Assembly (NCBI GenBank): GCA_002952755.1 | Contig: CP025011.1 | Span: 1,320,001 to 1,352,000, forward strand | Length of the DNA: 32,000 nucleotides | Reading direction: 5' to 3' | Origin: Candidatus Saccharimonadota bacterium | GTDB taxonomy: Bacteria; Patescibacteriota; Saccharimonadia; Saccharimonadales; UBA4665 | Shown: positions 7,467-15,694 of the stretch, one piece after another | How the letters are laid out: each line of letters opens with the position of its first letter | Position numbering within the stretch: the first letter of the stretch is position 1 | The notes under the pieces: generated by a model | Seen by the model: only the letters and a program-made list of their open reading frames with translations | Database searches by the model: none | What the model was told of the DNA's origin: nothing | Translations under genes and position numbers: made by a program

Positions 7467-8383
7467 GTCCTATCCCCATTAAAAACGGTAAGAGTCACCG
7501 AAAGTGGATGGCCATGACCGCCAATGACAACTAGGCCAGATTGATTGGTACCGCCGCTCGCGAAACAAATAGAAACGCCATTCACGGGATTGACCGGGCT
7601 GGTCTTTAGCGTCGCATTTATAGCATCAACTGCCGCCACCTGCGAGGTGTCGGTATTGCTCGTGTTTATTGGAACGACATTCATTTGCTGCGAGCCTGAA
7701 GTAAGCAAGTCGCCCGTTTGCACCCCCGGGAAGCTGGTGGTAAAAGCTACCGCACCGACATGCACACGGCCAGCGCCGTTGTCGTACCACATGCCGTCTA
7801 CCGAAGCAGCGTTACCGACAGTGCTTAAGCCATCTTGGACCGTAATATTTGTACTAGCGCTGGGGAGAGAAGGCTGCAAGGTTGAAGGAGCAACCACTAA
7901 CGGGAGGGCATCGCTCAGGCTTTGAGATTCCTGCCCGTCAGATAAACGCTTCTGTAGCCCAGTGATGGTATAAATCTGATCCTGTTCTGGATCGGTGCCG
8001 TGCACCTTAAATTGCATCGCCTTGCCCACAAAAATACAACCAGCATTTTCCCCTTGCTTGTTGGGCGCAGCATTGCTAATGACCGGACCGCTCAAACCTG
8101 CTGTACACGAAAAATTTTTAATATTTGGATAATACCCGATGGCAACCTCATTCATGATTTGCTGAATCTGTGACTTAATTTGCTGAATACCCTGATCAAA
8201 GGCTGTTTGATTCTGTTTGCCGGCGATAAGCAGGGCTGCCGATGTAAACAGCGCCCCGGTAATGATAAGTACAACCAACACTTCTATGACGGTAAACCCC
8301 TGATCATTGCCCGCTGCAAAGAGACGGCGCCATGCGTGCCGAAAAAAATGCAGTGATTGGCCAGTAGGTTGTAGGCCCCCCAT
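7457..8383 (-). CDS. Minor pilin (GspH/FimT-like) with prepilin-type N-terminus
   Basis: 308 aa. A 29-aa leader ends ...GNDQG and is followed by FTVIEVLVVLIITGALF (F+1, E+5). Confidence 0.75.
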   Translation of the reverse strand: MGGLQPTGQSLHFFRHAWRRLFAAGNDQGFTVIEVLVVLIITGALFTSAALLIAGKQNQTAFDQGIQQIKSQIQQIMNEVAIGYYPNIKNFSCTAGLSGPVISNAAPNKQGENAGCIFVGKAMQFKVHGTDPEQDQIYTITGLQKRLSDGQESQSLSDALPLVVAPSTLQPSLPSASTNITVQDGLSTVGNAASVDGMWYDNGAGRVHVGAVAFTTSFPGVQTGDLLTSGSQQMNVVPINTSNTDTSQVAAVDAINATLKTSPVNPVNGVSICFASGGTNQSGLVVIGGHGHPLSVTLTVFNGDRTCT

Positions 8384-8392
8384 ATGTCTTAA

Positions 8393-8401
8393 AGTATACC
8401 A
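8393..8401 (-). promoter_or_regulatory. Extended -10 element TGGTATACT, 9 nt upstream of the ATG at 8383 (internal promoter for the minor-pilin genes)
   Basis: Read on the minus strand in the 45-nt pilD/minor-pilin gap. No Shine-Dalgarno is present. Confidence 0.35.
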
Positions 8402-8428
8402 TAAGCAGCTTCCAGGTAACGTACGTAT

Positions 8429-9217
8429 TTAAGGCGATAGCAACCCTATATAGCTGTTCGCTAGTGACGATCCGAAGAGCTGAACGCAGACCATACCGGC
8501 CAGAAGTAGTGGCCCGAATGGCAGATGGCTTTTACGATTTGCCCTGCCCATCACCACAAGCGGAAGAGCGGCGAGCAAGCCTATAAACGAGGCTAAAAAG
8601 AGTACCAGGAAGGCCTTTACGGGCCCACCAGCGAGCAAGCCTAGGACGATACCGAGCTTCACATCGCCGAAACCAATCCACGCGCCCGCGGATATTTCAT
8701 ACAGTATCCAAAATACGCCACTCAAGACAAGCACCCCAAGCAGACTCCCAACAGCGCCTCTCCAGGATTCATGAAAAAACAACCAACTAACCAGCACTTG
8801 GATAATCGCCAGTGCAACGAGCGGGAATACGATCTTATCAGGTAGTAAAAACCAGCGTATATCGTACAATGCGAGCGCAACAAAGCCAACGATAAAAACC
8901 AGCCACATACTAAAAATGAAAATCCCCTTCCCACTCAGAACATACGGCCAAAAAGAGTAGGACACTACAAATAAAACGGGCACTGCCAGTTCAGTAAGCG
9001 GCGTGTCTGGTATGGATTTATGACAATAGCGGCACTTGCCGCGTAAAAATACCCAGCTTATAACCGGTATAAGATCTAAAGCTGCCAGTTGGTGGTGGCA
9101 GTGCGGACACTCCGACCGTTCGCTCACCCAGTCCCTATGCTCATGCAACCGCCATACTAGCGCGTTCACAAAGCTGCCAAAGCATAGACCCAAGACGATA
9201 AGCACGACCACAATCAT
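8429..9217 (-). CDS. pilD: Prepilin peptidase / N-methyltransferase (A24 family)
   Basis: 262 aa and polytopic. There are N-terminal Cys pairs CPHCHHQL...CRYCHKSI. The two catalytic Asp motifs are LALYDIRWFLLPD and GFGDVKLG. Confidence 0.92.
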   Translation of the reverse strand: MIVVVLIVLGLCFGSFVNALVWRLHEHRDWVSERSECPHCHHQLAALDLIPVISWVFLRGKCRYCHKSIPDTPLTELAVPVLFVVSYSFWPYVLSGKGIFIFSMWLVFIVGFVALALYDIRWFLLPDKIVFPLVALAIIQVLVSWLFFHESWRGAVGSLLGVLVLSGVFWILYEISAGAWIGFGDVKLGIVLGLLAGGPVKAFLVLFLASFIGLLAALPLVVMGRANRKSHLPFGPLLLAGMVCVQLFGSSLANSYIGLLSP

Positions 9218-9246
9218 GGAGTCATCGTATCATAATCACTACATAA

Positions 9247-9274
9247 CAGACGAACCCCTTTCGGAGTTCGTCTG
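9247..9274 (-). terminator. Stem-loop (attenuator/terminator candidate) between pilA and pilD
   Basis: The minus strand reads CAGACGAAC-t-CC-GAAA-GG-g-GTTCGTCTG, a 9-bp plus 2-bp stem with a GAAA tetraloop. It is followed by TTATGTAGTG, a weak T tract. Confidence 0.5.
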
Positions 9275-9302
9275 CATTTGTGCCGTATCTAGAGGACCTA
9301 GA

Positions 9303-9803
9303 CTATGAGCCGGATTCCTGACACTGTACCTGCGTACCACCGCCAGTCTCTACCGAATAGAGGGCTACAACACTGCGTGAGCTAGCACTTGCTGTCGTTG
9401 CAGTCGTACCATTACACTTCAGATAATTTGCGATGAGGGCAGCATCCACCGAAGCAGGCGCGCTTGGCGCACTACCAGGAGCGGTAGCATTGTACGTATA
9501 GCTAATATTACCAGTGGTGTAGAGGCCAAGCTTTACATTGGCGATGAACGGACAGTTAGCGGCTGTCGAACATGCGCCGCTGGCTGTTGGCAGTGCACCA
9601 GCGTTGTTGTTCGTGTACTCACCAAAAGCGCTGAGCGTGTTGCCGATATCGTTTTTGCGCTGCGTGTTGCGCGAGTTACGTTGCAGAGCCGGTACGGCCA
9701 GGAACACAACGAGCAGGATCAAACCGGCAATTGCCAGCACGATCAAGACTTCGATAATCGTGAACCCCTCATCTGCTTTATGTTTTCTTAGATGTGACAG
9801 CAT
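9303..9803 (-). CDS. pilA: Major type IV pilin
   Basis: 166 aa. The leader MLSHLRKHKADEG is followed by FTIIEVLIVLAIAGLILLVVFLAVPALQRN (F+1, E+5). There are two Cys pairs, including a C-terminal disulfide loop (C...C near the end). It has its own promoter, a Shine-Dalgarno and a downstream hairpin. Confidence 0.88.
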   Translation of the reverse strand: MLSHLRKHKADEGFTIIEVLIVLAIAGLILLVVFLAVPALQRNSRNTQRKNDIGNTLSAFGEYTNNNAGALPTASGACSTAANCPFIANVKLGLYTTGNISYTYNATAPGSAPSAPASVDAALIANYLKCNGTTATTASASSRSVVALYSVETGGGTQVQCQESGS

Positions 9804-9845
9804 GTAACATGCCCCCTTTGCTGTTGTTAAACTTCTTATGTTTGA

Positions 9846-9874
9846 ATGATACGAAAGCTATGCATAAAATGCAA
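9846..9874 (-). promoter_or_regulatory. Sigma70-type promoter candidate for pilA: TTGCAT-N17-TATCAT
   Basis: On the minus strand the -35 is at 9874-9869 and the -10 at 9851-9846. A leader of about 40 nt ends in AAAGGGGG, 8 nt before the ATG. A small hairpin TGAGC-AAAA-GCTCA (9895-9908) follows the pilC stop. Confidence 0.45.
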
Positions 9875-9942
9875 TAGATTTGCGCTGCGGAAAGTGAGCA
9901 AAAGCTCATCATTAACAAAGAACGCTTGTTGCACTGCTGAAA

Positions 9943-11160
9943 TTATTGGACGAAGGACTTGCCTGCTAAACCGTAAATAGGCAATAGCACTGCGGCGACA
10001 ATAATAAAGGCGACCACACCGAGGATAACCATGAGGACTGGCTCGATGATGGTAGAGATAGATTTTACTTGGTCATCGACTTCTTTTTCGTAGTATTCGG
10101 CGGTTTTCCCGAGCATCTGCTCGAGCGAGCCCGATTGCTCACCAATGCGTATCATATTGGGCACCAGTTGCAAAAAAGTAGCATCGTTTTGAATTGAGTC
10201 CGATAGCGCTTTGCCGCCTTTTACTTTGTCTGCGGCTCTGTCCAGGGATTCTTTGACGTGGATGTTGTCAACTGCTTCGCCGGTTATTTCGAGCATTTGA
10301 ATAAGTGGCACACCACTTGCGACTAATGTCGTGCCAGTACGGGCAAAGCGTGCCATATACATCTTCATAAAGAGTGGCCCGACTGGCCACGCCTTCATCT
10401 TGAGTCGGTCAATCACCCGCCGGCCGCCAAATGTGCGAGCCCAGCGAGTAGTAAAGAAGATTAAAATACCCAAAACGATGAGTACAATCCACCAGTCATG
10501 AATAATGAAATCCGAGATACCGAGCAGGATCCGGGTAATGAGCGGCAGGGTCGCACCTGGCAAGCCATCATATAGTATTTTTACCTGGGGCAGCACTTTG
10601 ACGATCATGAAGCCAACGACACCGAACATTACTATCAGCACAATGATGGGGTACACCATGGCGCCGCGAACTTTGCTGATAAGGTCAGCATCTTTTTCCT
10701 GTTGAATCGCCAGGCGCTCCAGTGCTTTATCGAGCGTACCAGAAGCTTCGCCAGCCGCGACCAGGCTGATATATACGCGGTTGAATGCCTGTGGATGCTT
10801 GGCAAAGGCGGCTGAGAGTGTAGAGCCGGCCTCAACGTCAGCAATTACTTTACTAATAATGATCTTAAGGGGTTTGCTCTGCGTTTGCTCGTTTACTGTA
10901 CGTAACGACTGCACGAGCGGCAAGCCAGCGTTTATCAGCGTGCTCAGTTGGCGCGAAAAAAGCACTTTGTCTTTAATTTTGACGCGATTAAGCCGGCTGC
11001 TTAGGCCGGTAGCGGCTTTCTCGGCCAGTTTGATATCGATAGGCACGAAGCCTTCTTGGCGAATGAGACGGCTAGCAGATTGTTCGTCGGCAGCTTGCAC
11101 CTCAGCCTTTACGTATTGGCCGGTACCTGGGTCGCGGGCAGTGTAACGAAACGAAAGCAT
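9943..11160 (-). CDS. pilC: Type IV pilus platform protein (T2SS-F/GspF family)
   Basis: 405 aa. It has two T2SSF-type repeats and three hydrophobic segments (for example MVYPIIVLIVMFGVVGFMIV and IIEPVLMVILGVVAFIIVAAVLLPIY). Confidence 0.92.
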   Translation of the reverse strand: MLSFRYTARDPGTGQYVKAEVQAADEQSASRLIRQEGFVPIDIKLAEKAATGLSSRLNRVKIKDKVLFSRQLSTLINAGLPLVQSLRTVNEQTQSKPLKIIISKVIADVEAGSTLSAAFAKHPQAFNRVYISLVAAGEASGTLDKALERLAIQQEKDADLISKVRGAMVYPIIVLIVMFGVVGFMIVKVLPQVKILYDGLPGATLPLITRILLGISDFIIHDWWIVLIVLGILIFFTTRWARTFGGRRVIDRLKMKAWPVGPLFMKMYMARFARTGTTLVASGVPLIQMLEITGEAVDNIHVKESLDRAADKVKGGKALSDSIQNDATFLQLVPNMIRIGEQSGSLEQMLGKTAEYYEKEVDDQVKSISTIIEPVLMVILGVVAFIIVAAVLLPIYGLAGKSFVQ

Positions 11161-11172
11161 TGGTCTTCTTGC

Positions 11173-12240
11173 CTACCCTCTCATCAATCGATCAAGTTCA
11201 TCTGAATCTACTGCCACCATCTTGGCGTCGTCATAGCTAATGGTGCCGTTGTGGATAAGGTTTACCAAAGTCTTATCCATTGACTGCATGCCAAATTCGG
11301 CGCCAGTTTGGATAACCGCTTCTAGCTGGTGGGTTTTACCCTCTCGGATAATGTTGCGGACGGCCGGTGTAGCAATGAGGATTTCTGCTGAAGCAATGCG
11401 GCCGCCACCGATCTGCGGGATAAGGCGCTGAGACACGATTGACATTAAGATATTGCTGAGCTGGGAACGAATCTGAGGTTGTTGGTGTGGTGGGAAGACG
11501 TCAATCATACGGTCGATACTTTGAGCAGCGCTGTTGGTGTGCAGAGTAGCAAACACTAAGTGGCCTGTCTCGGCAATGGTGATGGCTGAAGCAATAGTTT
11601 CAAGATCGCGCATTTCTCCGATAAGTACCACGTCTGGGTCTTCGCGCAGAGCGCTCCGTAAGGCTGCGGAAAATGAATAGGTATCGTAGTGTACTTCACG
11701 CTGCACAATCACCGATTTCTTAGAGCGATGGGTGTATTCGATAGGGTCTTCAATGGTGATGATGTGTTCGGCGCGCTCCATGTTGATCTTATGGATCATA
11801 GCGGCAAGGGTTGTGGACTTACCGGAGCCCGTGGGGCCAGTTACCAGCACAAGTCCCCGGGGGTAGTCAGCGAACTTACTGACAATTGGCGGCAATCCAA
11901 GTTGCTCGATGGTTAAAATCTCGTTGGTTATCAAACGTAGCGCAGCGGCCAGATTACCGCGCTCGTGGAAGGCATTGACACGGAAGCGACCAAGCTCGCC
12001 GAATGCAAAGCTGAAGTCAAACTCTTTGTCCTTTAGGAGAATCTGCTTTTGATCTTCGTCGAGTATGGCAAAAATCAATGTTTCAACAGCTTCGTCGCTC
12101 AATACATCGGCACCAGCGACCGGCATCAACTTGCCATCTACTCGAATCATGGGCGGCAGGCCGACTTGCAGGTGCAGGTCGGAAGCTTTCTTTTTTACTA
12201 CTTCTTCGAGGAGTACTTCGATTCGGGGTGTGTTTTGCAT
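11173..12240 (-). CDS. pilT: Type IV pilus retraction ATPase
   Basis: 355 aa. The motifs present are Walker A GPTGSGKSTT, EDPIEY, Walker B DPDVVLIGEMRD, His box TGHLVFATLHTN and the PilT-type AVRNIIREGK motif. Confidence 0.92.
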   Translation of the reverse strand: MQNTPRIEVLLEEVVKKKASDLHLQVGLPPMIRVDGKLMPVAGADVLSDEAVETLIFAILDEDQKQILLKDKEFDFSFAFGELGRFRVNAFHERGNLAAALRLITNEILTIEQLGLPPIVSKFADYPRGLVLVTGPTGSGKSTTLAAMIHKINMERAEHIITIEDPIEYTHRSKKSVIVQREVHYDTYSFSAALRSALREDPDVVLIGEMRDLETIASAITIAETGHLVFATLHTNSAAQSIDRMIDVFPPHQQPQIRSQLSNILMSIVSQRLIPQIGGGRIASAEILIATPAVRNIIREGKTHQLEAVIQTGAEFGMQSMDKTLVNLIHNGTISYDDAKMVAVDSDELDRLMRG

Positions 12241-12264
12241 ATGTCTTTGTCCGCCTTCTCGTTT

Positions 12265-14079
12265 TTAAGCGCTATCGGCGCTTGCTACGCGGTTAATTTC
12301 GGTAAGGGTTGTACGCCCTGCCAGCGCTTTAAAGTAGCCATCCTGGCGCATGCTGACCATTCCTTGGGCCTGGGCAGCTTTTTCGATTTCGGCGCTCGTC
12401 GCATGCTTTAGGATAAGCTCCTGGATCGGCTCGGTGACGTTAAACACCTCGTAGATACCCATGCGGCCCTTATATCCATTGGGCGCCTCGGGGCTATCTT
12501 TGCCCTTGGTTAAAGTATAAGCGTTTTGATTGCTGAGTGGCAAGGTCTCGTAGCCTAAATCGGTGGCAAATTTAGGCATATCCTCGGCGTTTTTAGGCAG
12601 TAAGTGACCGATTGTCTTTTTGATGGCTTCAGTTTCGACTTTGTCGGACTCATACGTTTCATTGGTGGTGCTGACGCGCCGTACCAGGCGCTGCCCAATA
12701 ACGGTGCGTACGGTACTGGCAATAAGAAACGGCTCGATGCCCATGTCAAGCAAACGCGGCAAAATACCGGCAGCAGAGTTGGTGTGCAGCGTGCTAAATA
12801 CGAGGTGGCCGGTAAGGGCGGCCTGAACGGCCAGCTCGGCCGTTTCTTTGTCGCGGATCTCCCCCACCATGACGACATCGGGGTCCTGACGCAGGATAGA
12901 GCGCAAGCCGTTTGCAAACGTTAACCCAACATCAGCATTCACCTGGATCTGGTTAATACCGGGCATCTTATACTCGACCGGATCCTCCAGCGTGACAATG
13001 TTAATAGCATCGCTCTTTACTTCCTGCAAGAGCGCATACAGCGAAGTAGACTTACCCGAACCAGTTGGTCCGGAGGTAAGGATCATACCGTTGCTGCCCT
13101 TGAGCCCTTCACGAATAGTGCGTAGCGCTCGGCCGGTGTAGCCCATATCTTCCAGCTTGAGGCTCGTGCCGCTCTTATCGAGCAACCGGATAACAACTTG
13201 TTCTCCCCAAACTGTGGGGCTGATAGCAATACGTAGGTCGATATCGCGTCCTGAGACACTCACGGTGAATTCACCGTCCTGAGGAATGCGGTGTTCGTCG
13301 ATCTTCAGATTAGCCAGAATCTTGATGCGGGATACGAGGGGTGGCTCGGTGCTTTTAGGTAGTCTCAGTACCTCGCGGAGAATACCGTCAATCCGGCAAC
13401 GGATTTTTAATGAGTCTTGCAGGGGTTCGATGTGTACGTCGCTTGCGCCATTTTTTGCGGCATATTCCAAAATTGTGGACAATGCCTTGCTGATTGGCGA
13501 ATCCTGCACGATGGTTTTTATATTAGCCGCTTTGCCGCCTTCTTTCGGTGCAGGCGCTGCCTCTTCAGCTTGATCTGCAGTCGCGGAAGAACTAGAGCTG
13601 AGCCCGCTGATTTCACCAACCACTTGCTTGGAAATGTTCGCCTGGTATTGCTTGAGCACCTGGCGAATACCCGCCTCGGATGCGGCATACACCTTCAGTG
13701 GACGACCAATCTTGTTGCTTAAGAAGTCGACCGCTTGCACGTTATCGGCGTCAAGCATCGCTACCACGAGACGGTTCTGCATCTCCCCCAAGGGCACGGC
13801 CATATACCGTTCAGCAACATCCTCTGGAAGCAATTCTAGGATTTCTGGTTCAATCTTTGCCGAACTCAAGTTGACATAGGGTACTTTCGCAACTTGTGCT
13901 ATGGTCTTCGTTAATGTTTCTTCGCTAACTTTGCCGTCGCTTACCAGCAGACTTAATAGCGGAATACTCTGCTTAGCAGCCTTGTCTTTCACTTCGGCAA
14001 GCTGTTCTGCAGATAGAGCGCCACTTGCGACTAATGTTTCCTCAACCTGCTTTTGGGCGGCAGTGGATAAAACGCTCAT
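12265..14079 (-). CDS. pilB: Type IV pilus assembly (extension) ATPase, GspE/PilB family
   Basis: 604 aa. There is an N-terminal T2SSE_N-like domain. The motifs present are Walker A GPTGSGKSTS, EDPVEY, DPDVVMVGEIRD and TGHLVFSTLHTN. Confidence 0.92.
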   Translation of the reverse strand: MSVLSTAAQKQVEETLVASGALSAEQLAEVKDKAAKQSIPLLSLLVSDGKVSEETLTKTIAQVAKVPYVNLSSAKIEPEILELLPEDVAERYMAVPLGEMQNRLVVAMLDADNVQAVDFLSNKIGRPLKVYAASEAGIRQVLKQYQANISKQVVGEISGLSSSSSATADQAEEAAPAPKEGGKAANIKTIVQDSPISKALSTILEYAAKNGASDVHIEPLQDSLKIRCRIDGILREVLRLPKSTEPPLVSRIKILANLKIDEHRIPQDGEFTVSVSGRDIDLRIAISPTVWGEQVVIRLLDKSGTSLKLEDMGYTGRALRTIREGLKGSNGMILTSGPTGSGKSTSLYALLQEVKSDAINIVTLEDPVEYKMPGINQIQVNADVGLTFANGLRSILRQDPDVVMVGEIRDKETAELAVQAALTGHLVFSTLHTNSAAGILPRLLDMGIEPFLIASTVRTVIGQRLVRRVSTTNETYESDKVETEAIKKTIGHLLPKNAEDMPKFATDLGYETLPLSNQNAYTLTKGKDSPEAPNGYKGRMGIYEVFNVTEPIQELILKHATSAEIEKAAQAQGMVSMRQDGYFKALAGRTTLTEINRVASADSA

Positions 14080-14095
14080 GTACTGCCTCTATACC

Positions 14096-14347
14096 TTATT
14101 GTGGTTTGCTGTTGAATGGGTTGGGGTTATTATTATTACCGACTTGTACGGGAAGCGTGGGATTTATTGCATTAGAATTGAAATAACGCGACGGTGGACT
14201 GGGGAAATTAGCCGTAATAGGATCCACAACTTCGGCAGTTTGTTGTCTATTCTTGGGCGATGAGAAAAACAGGTTCGACACAAAAAGCGATACGATGGCA
14301 CCAATAAAAACCATTACGAGGACAAGGGCGATATCCTTTTGTTTCAT
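14096..14347 (-). CDS. Small single-pass membrane protein in the PilP position (function unknown)
   Basis: 83 aa. One TM segment (IALVLVMVFIGAIVSLFVSNLFF) is followed by an N/P-rich tail. It has an ATGA overlap with pilO and GAGG 7 nt upstream of the downstream pilB start. Confidence 0.55.
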   Translation of the reverse strand: MKQKDIALVLVMVFIGAIVSLFVSNLFFSSPKNRQQTAEVVDPITANFPSPPSRYFNSNAINPTLPVQVGNNNNPNPFNSKPQ

Positions 14348-15018
14348 TTCACTACCTCGTTCGTAATGTTAAGCGTTTTACCAGGCTGATAATAGGTCTG
14401 GGCGGTAAACGTGGCGTTCATACTGCTCTCGTCGCCGGATAATTCGATCGTTTGGACCTGAAACGGACGAATGGAATGCAGGAGAACGTCGTTGAGATTT
14501 TGGATTAATTGGTACGGCCCATTGACATTAACCTGGAAAGGCATGGCAACGGCGGTCGGTGTAGGACTCGTTTGTTTATTACCTTCTGTAGCTTGTAAGT
14601 CGGTGCCCGTGATGGACAAAATCTTTAACTGTTGGTTGTTGATTATCTTCTCTAGGCTCGTAGTAAGTGCTGGAAAATCATAGCTGCTCGGCAACGAGTC
14701 AAGGATCAAGGTCGCGTTATCACCGTCTTGCGCGTCAGTCCCGCCCGCATTGCCACCCAGAACATTAGGATTCTGCGCAACAAAAGAATTGTATGACGCC
14801 TGGAGGTTGTCGCGGGCATTCAGATCGGTTTTTAGCTGAGCGAGCGCTGTCTTTTTGGTAGAAATCACTCTGTTTTGGTATGCCATTTGGCTGAGTAGTG
14901 ATTTACCTGCTACCAAGGTAAATACAAAAATAAATGCTGCAATAGTTGTCGCGGCAACCATGTTGCTATTTGCTTTCCCGATCAACGCTCGCTTGGTAAA
15001 TGCCGTCGTGCGCGCCAT
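14344..15018 (-). CDS. pilO: PilO-like pilus alignment protein (start trimmed from the ORF-track 15273)
   Basis: The sequence MARTTAFTKR... is followed by a TM segment (MVAATTIAAFIFVFTLVAG), a coiled-coil and an alpha/beta C-terminal domain. The ATG at 15018 lies 1 nt after the pilN TGA. An ATG at 15030 is an alternative start. The 5' part of the 309-aa ORF overlaps pilN out of frame. Confidence 0.7.
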   Translation of the reverse strand: MARTTAFTKRALIGKANSNMVAATTIAAFIFVFTLVAGKSLLSQMAYQNRVISTKKTALAQLKTDLNARDNLQASYNSFVAQNPNVLGGNAGGTDAQDGDNATLILDSLPSSYDFPALTTSLEKIINNQQLKILSITGTDLQATEGNKQTSPTPTAVAMPFQVNVNGPYQLIQNLNDVLLHSIRPFQVQTIELSGDESSMNATFTAQTYYQPGKTLNITNEVVK

Positions 15019-15019
15019 A

Positions 15020-15694
15020 TCACTGTCCATCCGTCTTCTTAAAAAGTGCTGGACTTGCCGCGCCGCCGCTATCACGAGTGGTGACATTTGGCACGGTGAG
15101 CGTGACGTCGGAAGCTTCACTGAACAAAGCCGGGTCGAAAGCAAGTGAAATGGTGTATGTGGCGCTCTTGCTATCACGGCCGAAATTACTGAGAACAACA
15201 CTAGAGAATGCCGGACGTTCGGCCGCGGGCGCAACCGTTGTGTGATATGTGGCAAATTTAAGTGCATCGGCAAAACCGTTAACAGTGCTCAGTGAATCAG
15301 CAACTCCGGAAATTTGGATGGTATGCAGGCCGAAGTCAGCATTCAGGCGGGTAATGCTGGCTGCCGATGGAGTTACTTGAGTCATAAAACCATACAAACG
15401 ACTAGTGACGGGCTTGGCGTTATGCAGCGAAGACAATGAGGCGAGCTGGTTTTGCACAGTTAACATCCGATTTAAATTCGGGGTACTTTTGAGCTGAGAA
15501 CTATCCTTTGTTATATCACGGCTTAGGTCACTAATGTTTTTCTTTTGCAGTCCAAATACAATCATCATAAGGATAGTAAGCGTCGCCACCGATGCCAATG
15601 TGACGACTGTTGAACCCAGCATAACCAGGTGTTTTTGCCGCCTAGCTTTTAGATATTGTATCTTGATGTCGGGGAGTAAATTAAACTGAATCAT
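15020..15694 (-). CDS. pilN: PilN-like pilus alignment protein
   Basis: 224 aa. It has the N-terminal IQFNLLPD motif (the PilM-binding INLLP type) followed by a single TM segment. It overlaps pilM by 4 nt. Confidence 0.82.
   Translation of the reverse strand: MIQFNLLPDIKIQYLKARRQKHLVMLGSTVVTLASVATLTILMMIVFGLQKKNISDLSRDITKDSSQLKSTPNLNRMLTVQNQLASLSSLHNAKPVTSRLYGFMTQVTPSAASITRLNADFGLHTIQISGVADSLSTVNGFADALKFATYHTTVAPAAERPAFSSVVLSNFGRDSKSATYTISLAFDPALFSEASDVTLTVPNVTTRDSGGAASPALFKKTDGQ

Noticed and set aside
12555-13879. Cluster of 60-120-aa ORFs on both strands inside pilB
   Set aside because: All are nested in or antisense to a full-length, motif-rich GspE/PilB ATPase gene. Their Arg/Ser/Cys-rich compositions are typical of off-frame translation.
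15019-15273. 5' extension of the pilO ORF (the 309-aa version in the ORF track)
   Set aside because: It overlaps the 3' end of pilN out of frame for about 250 nt. The extension (MPMHLNLPHITQRLRPRPNV...) has no pilus-protein character. An ATG at 15018, 1 nt after the pilN stop, gives the expected PilO architecture of a short cytoplasmic tail followed by a TM segment.
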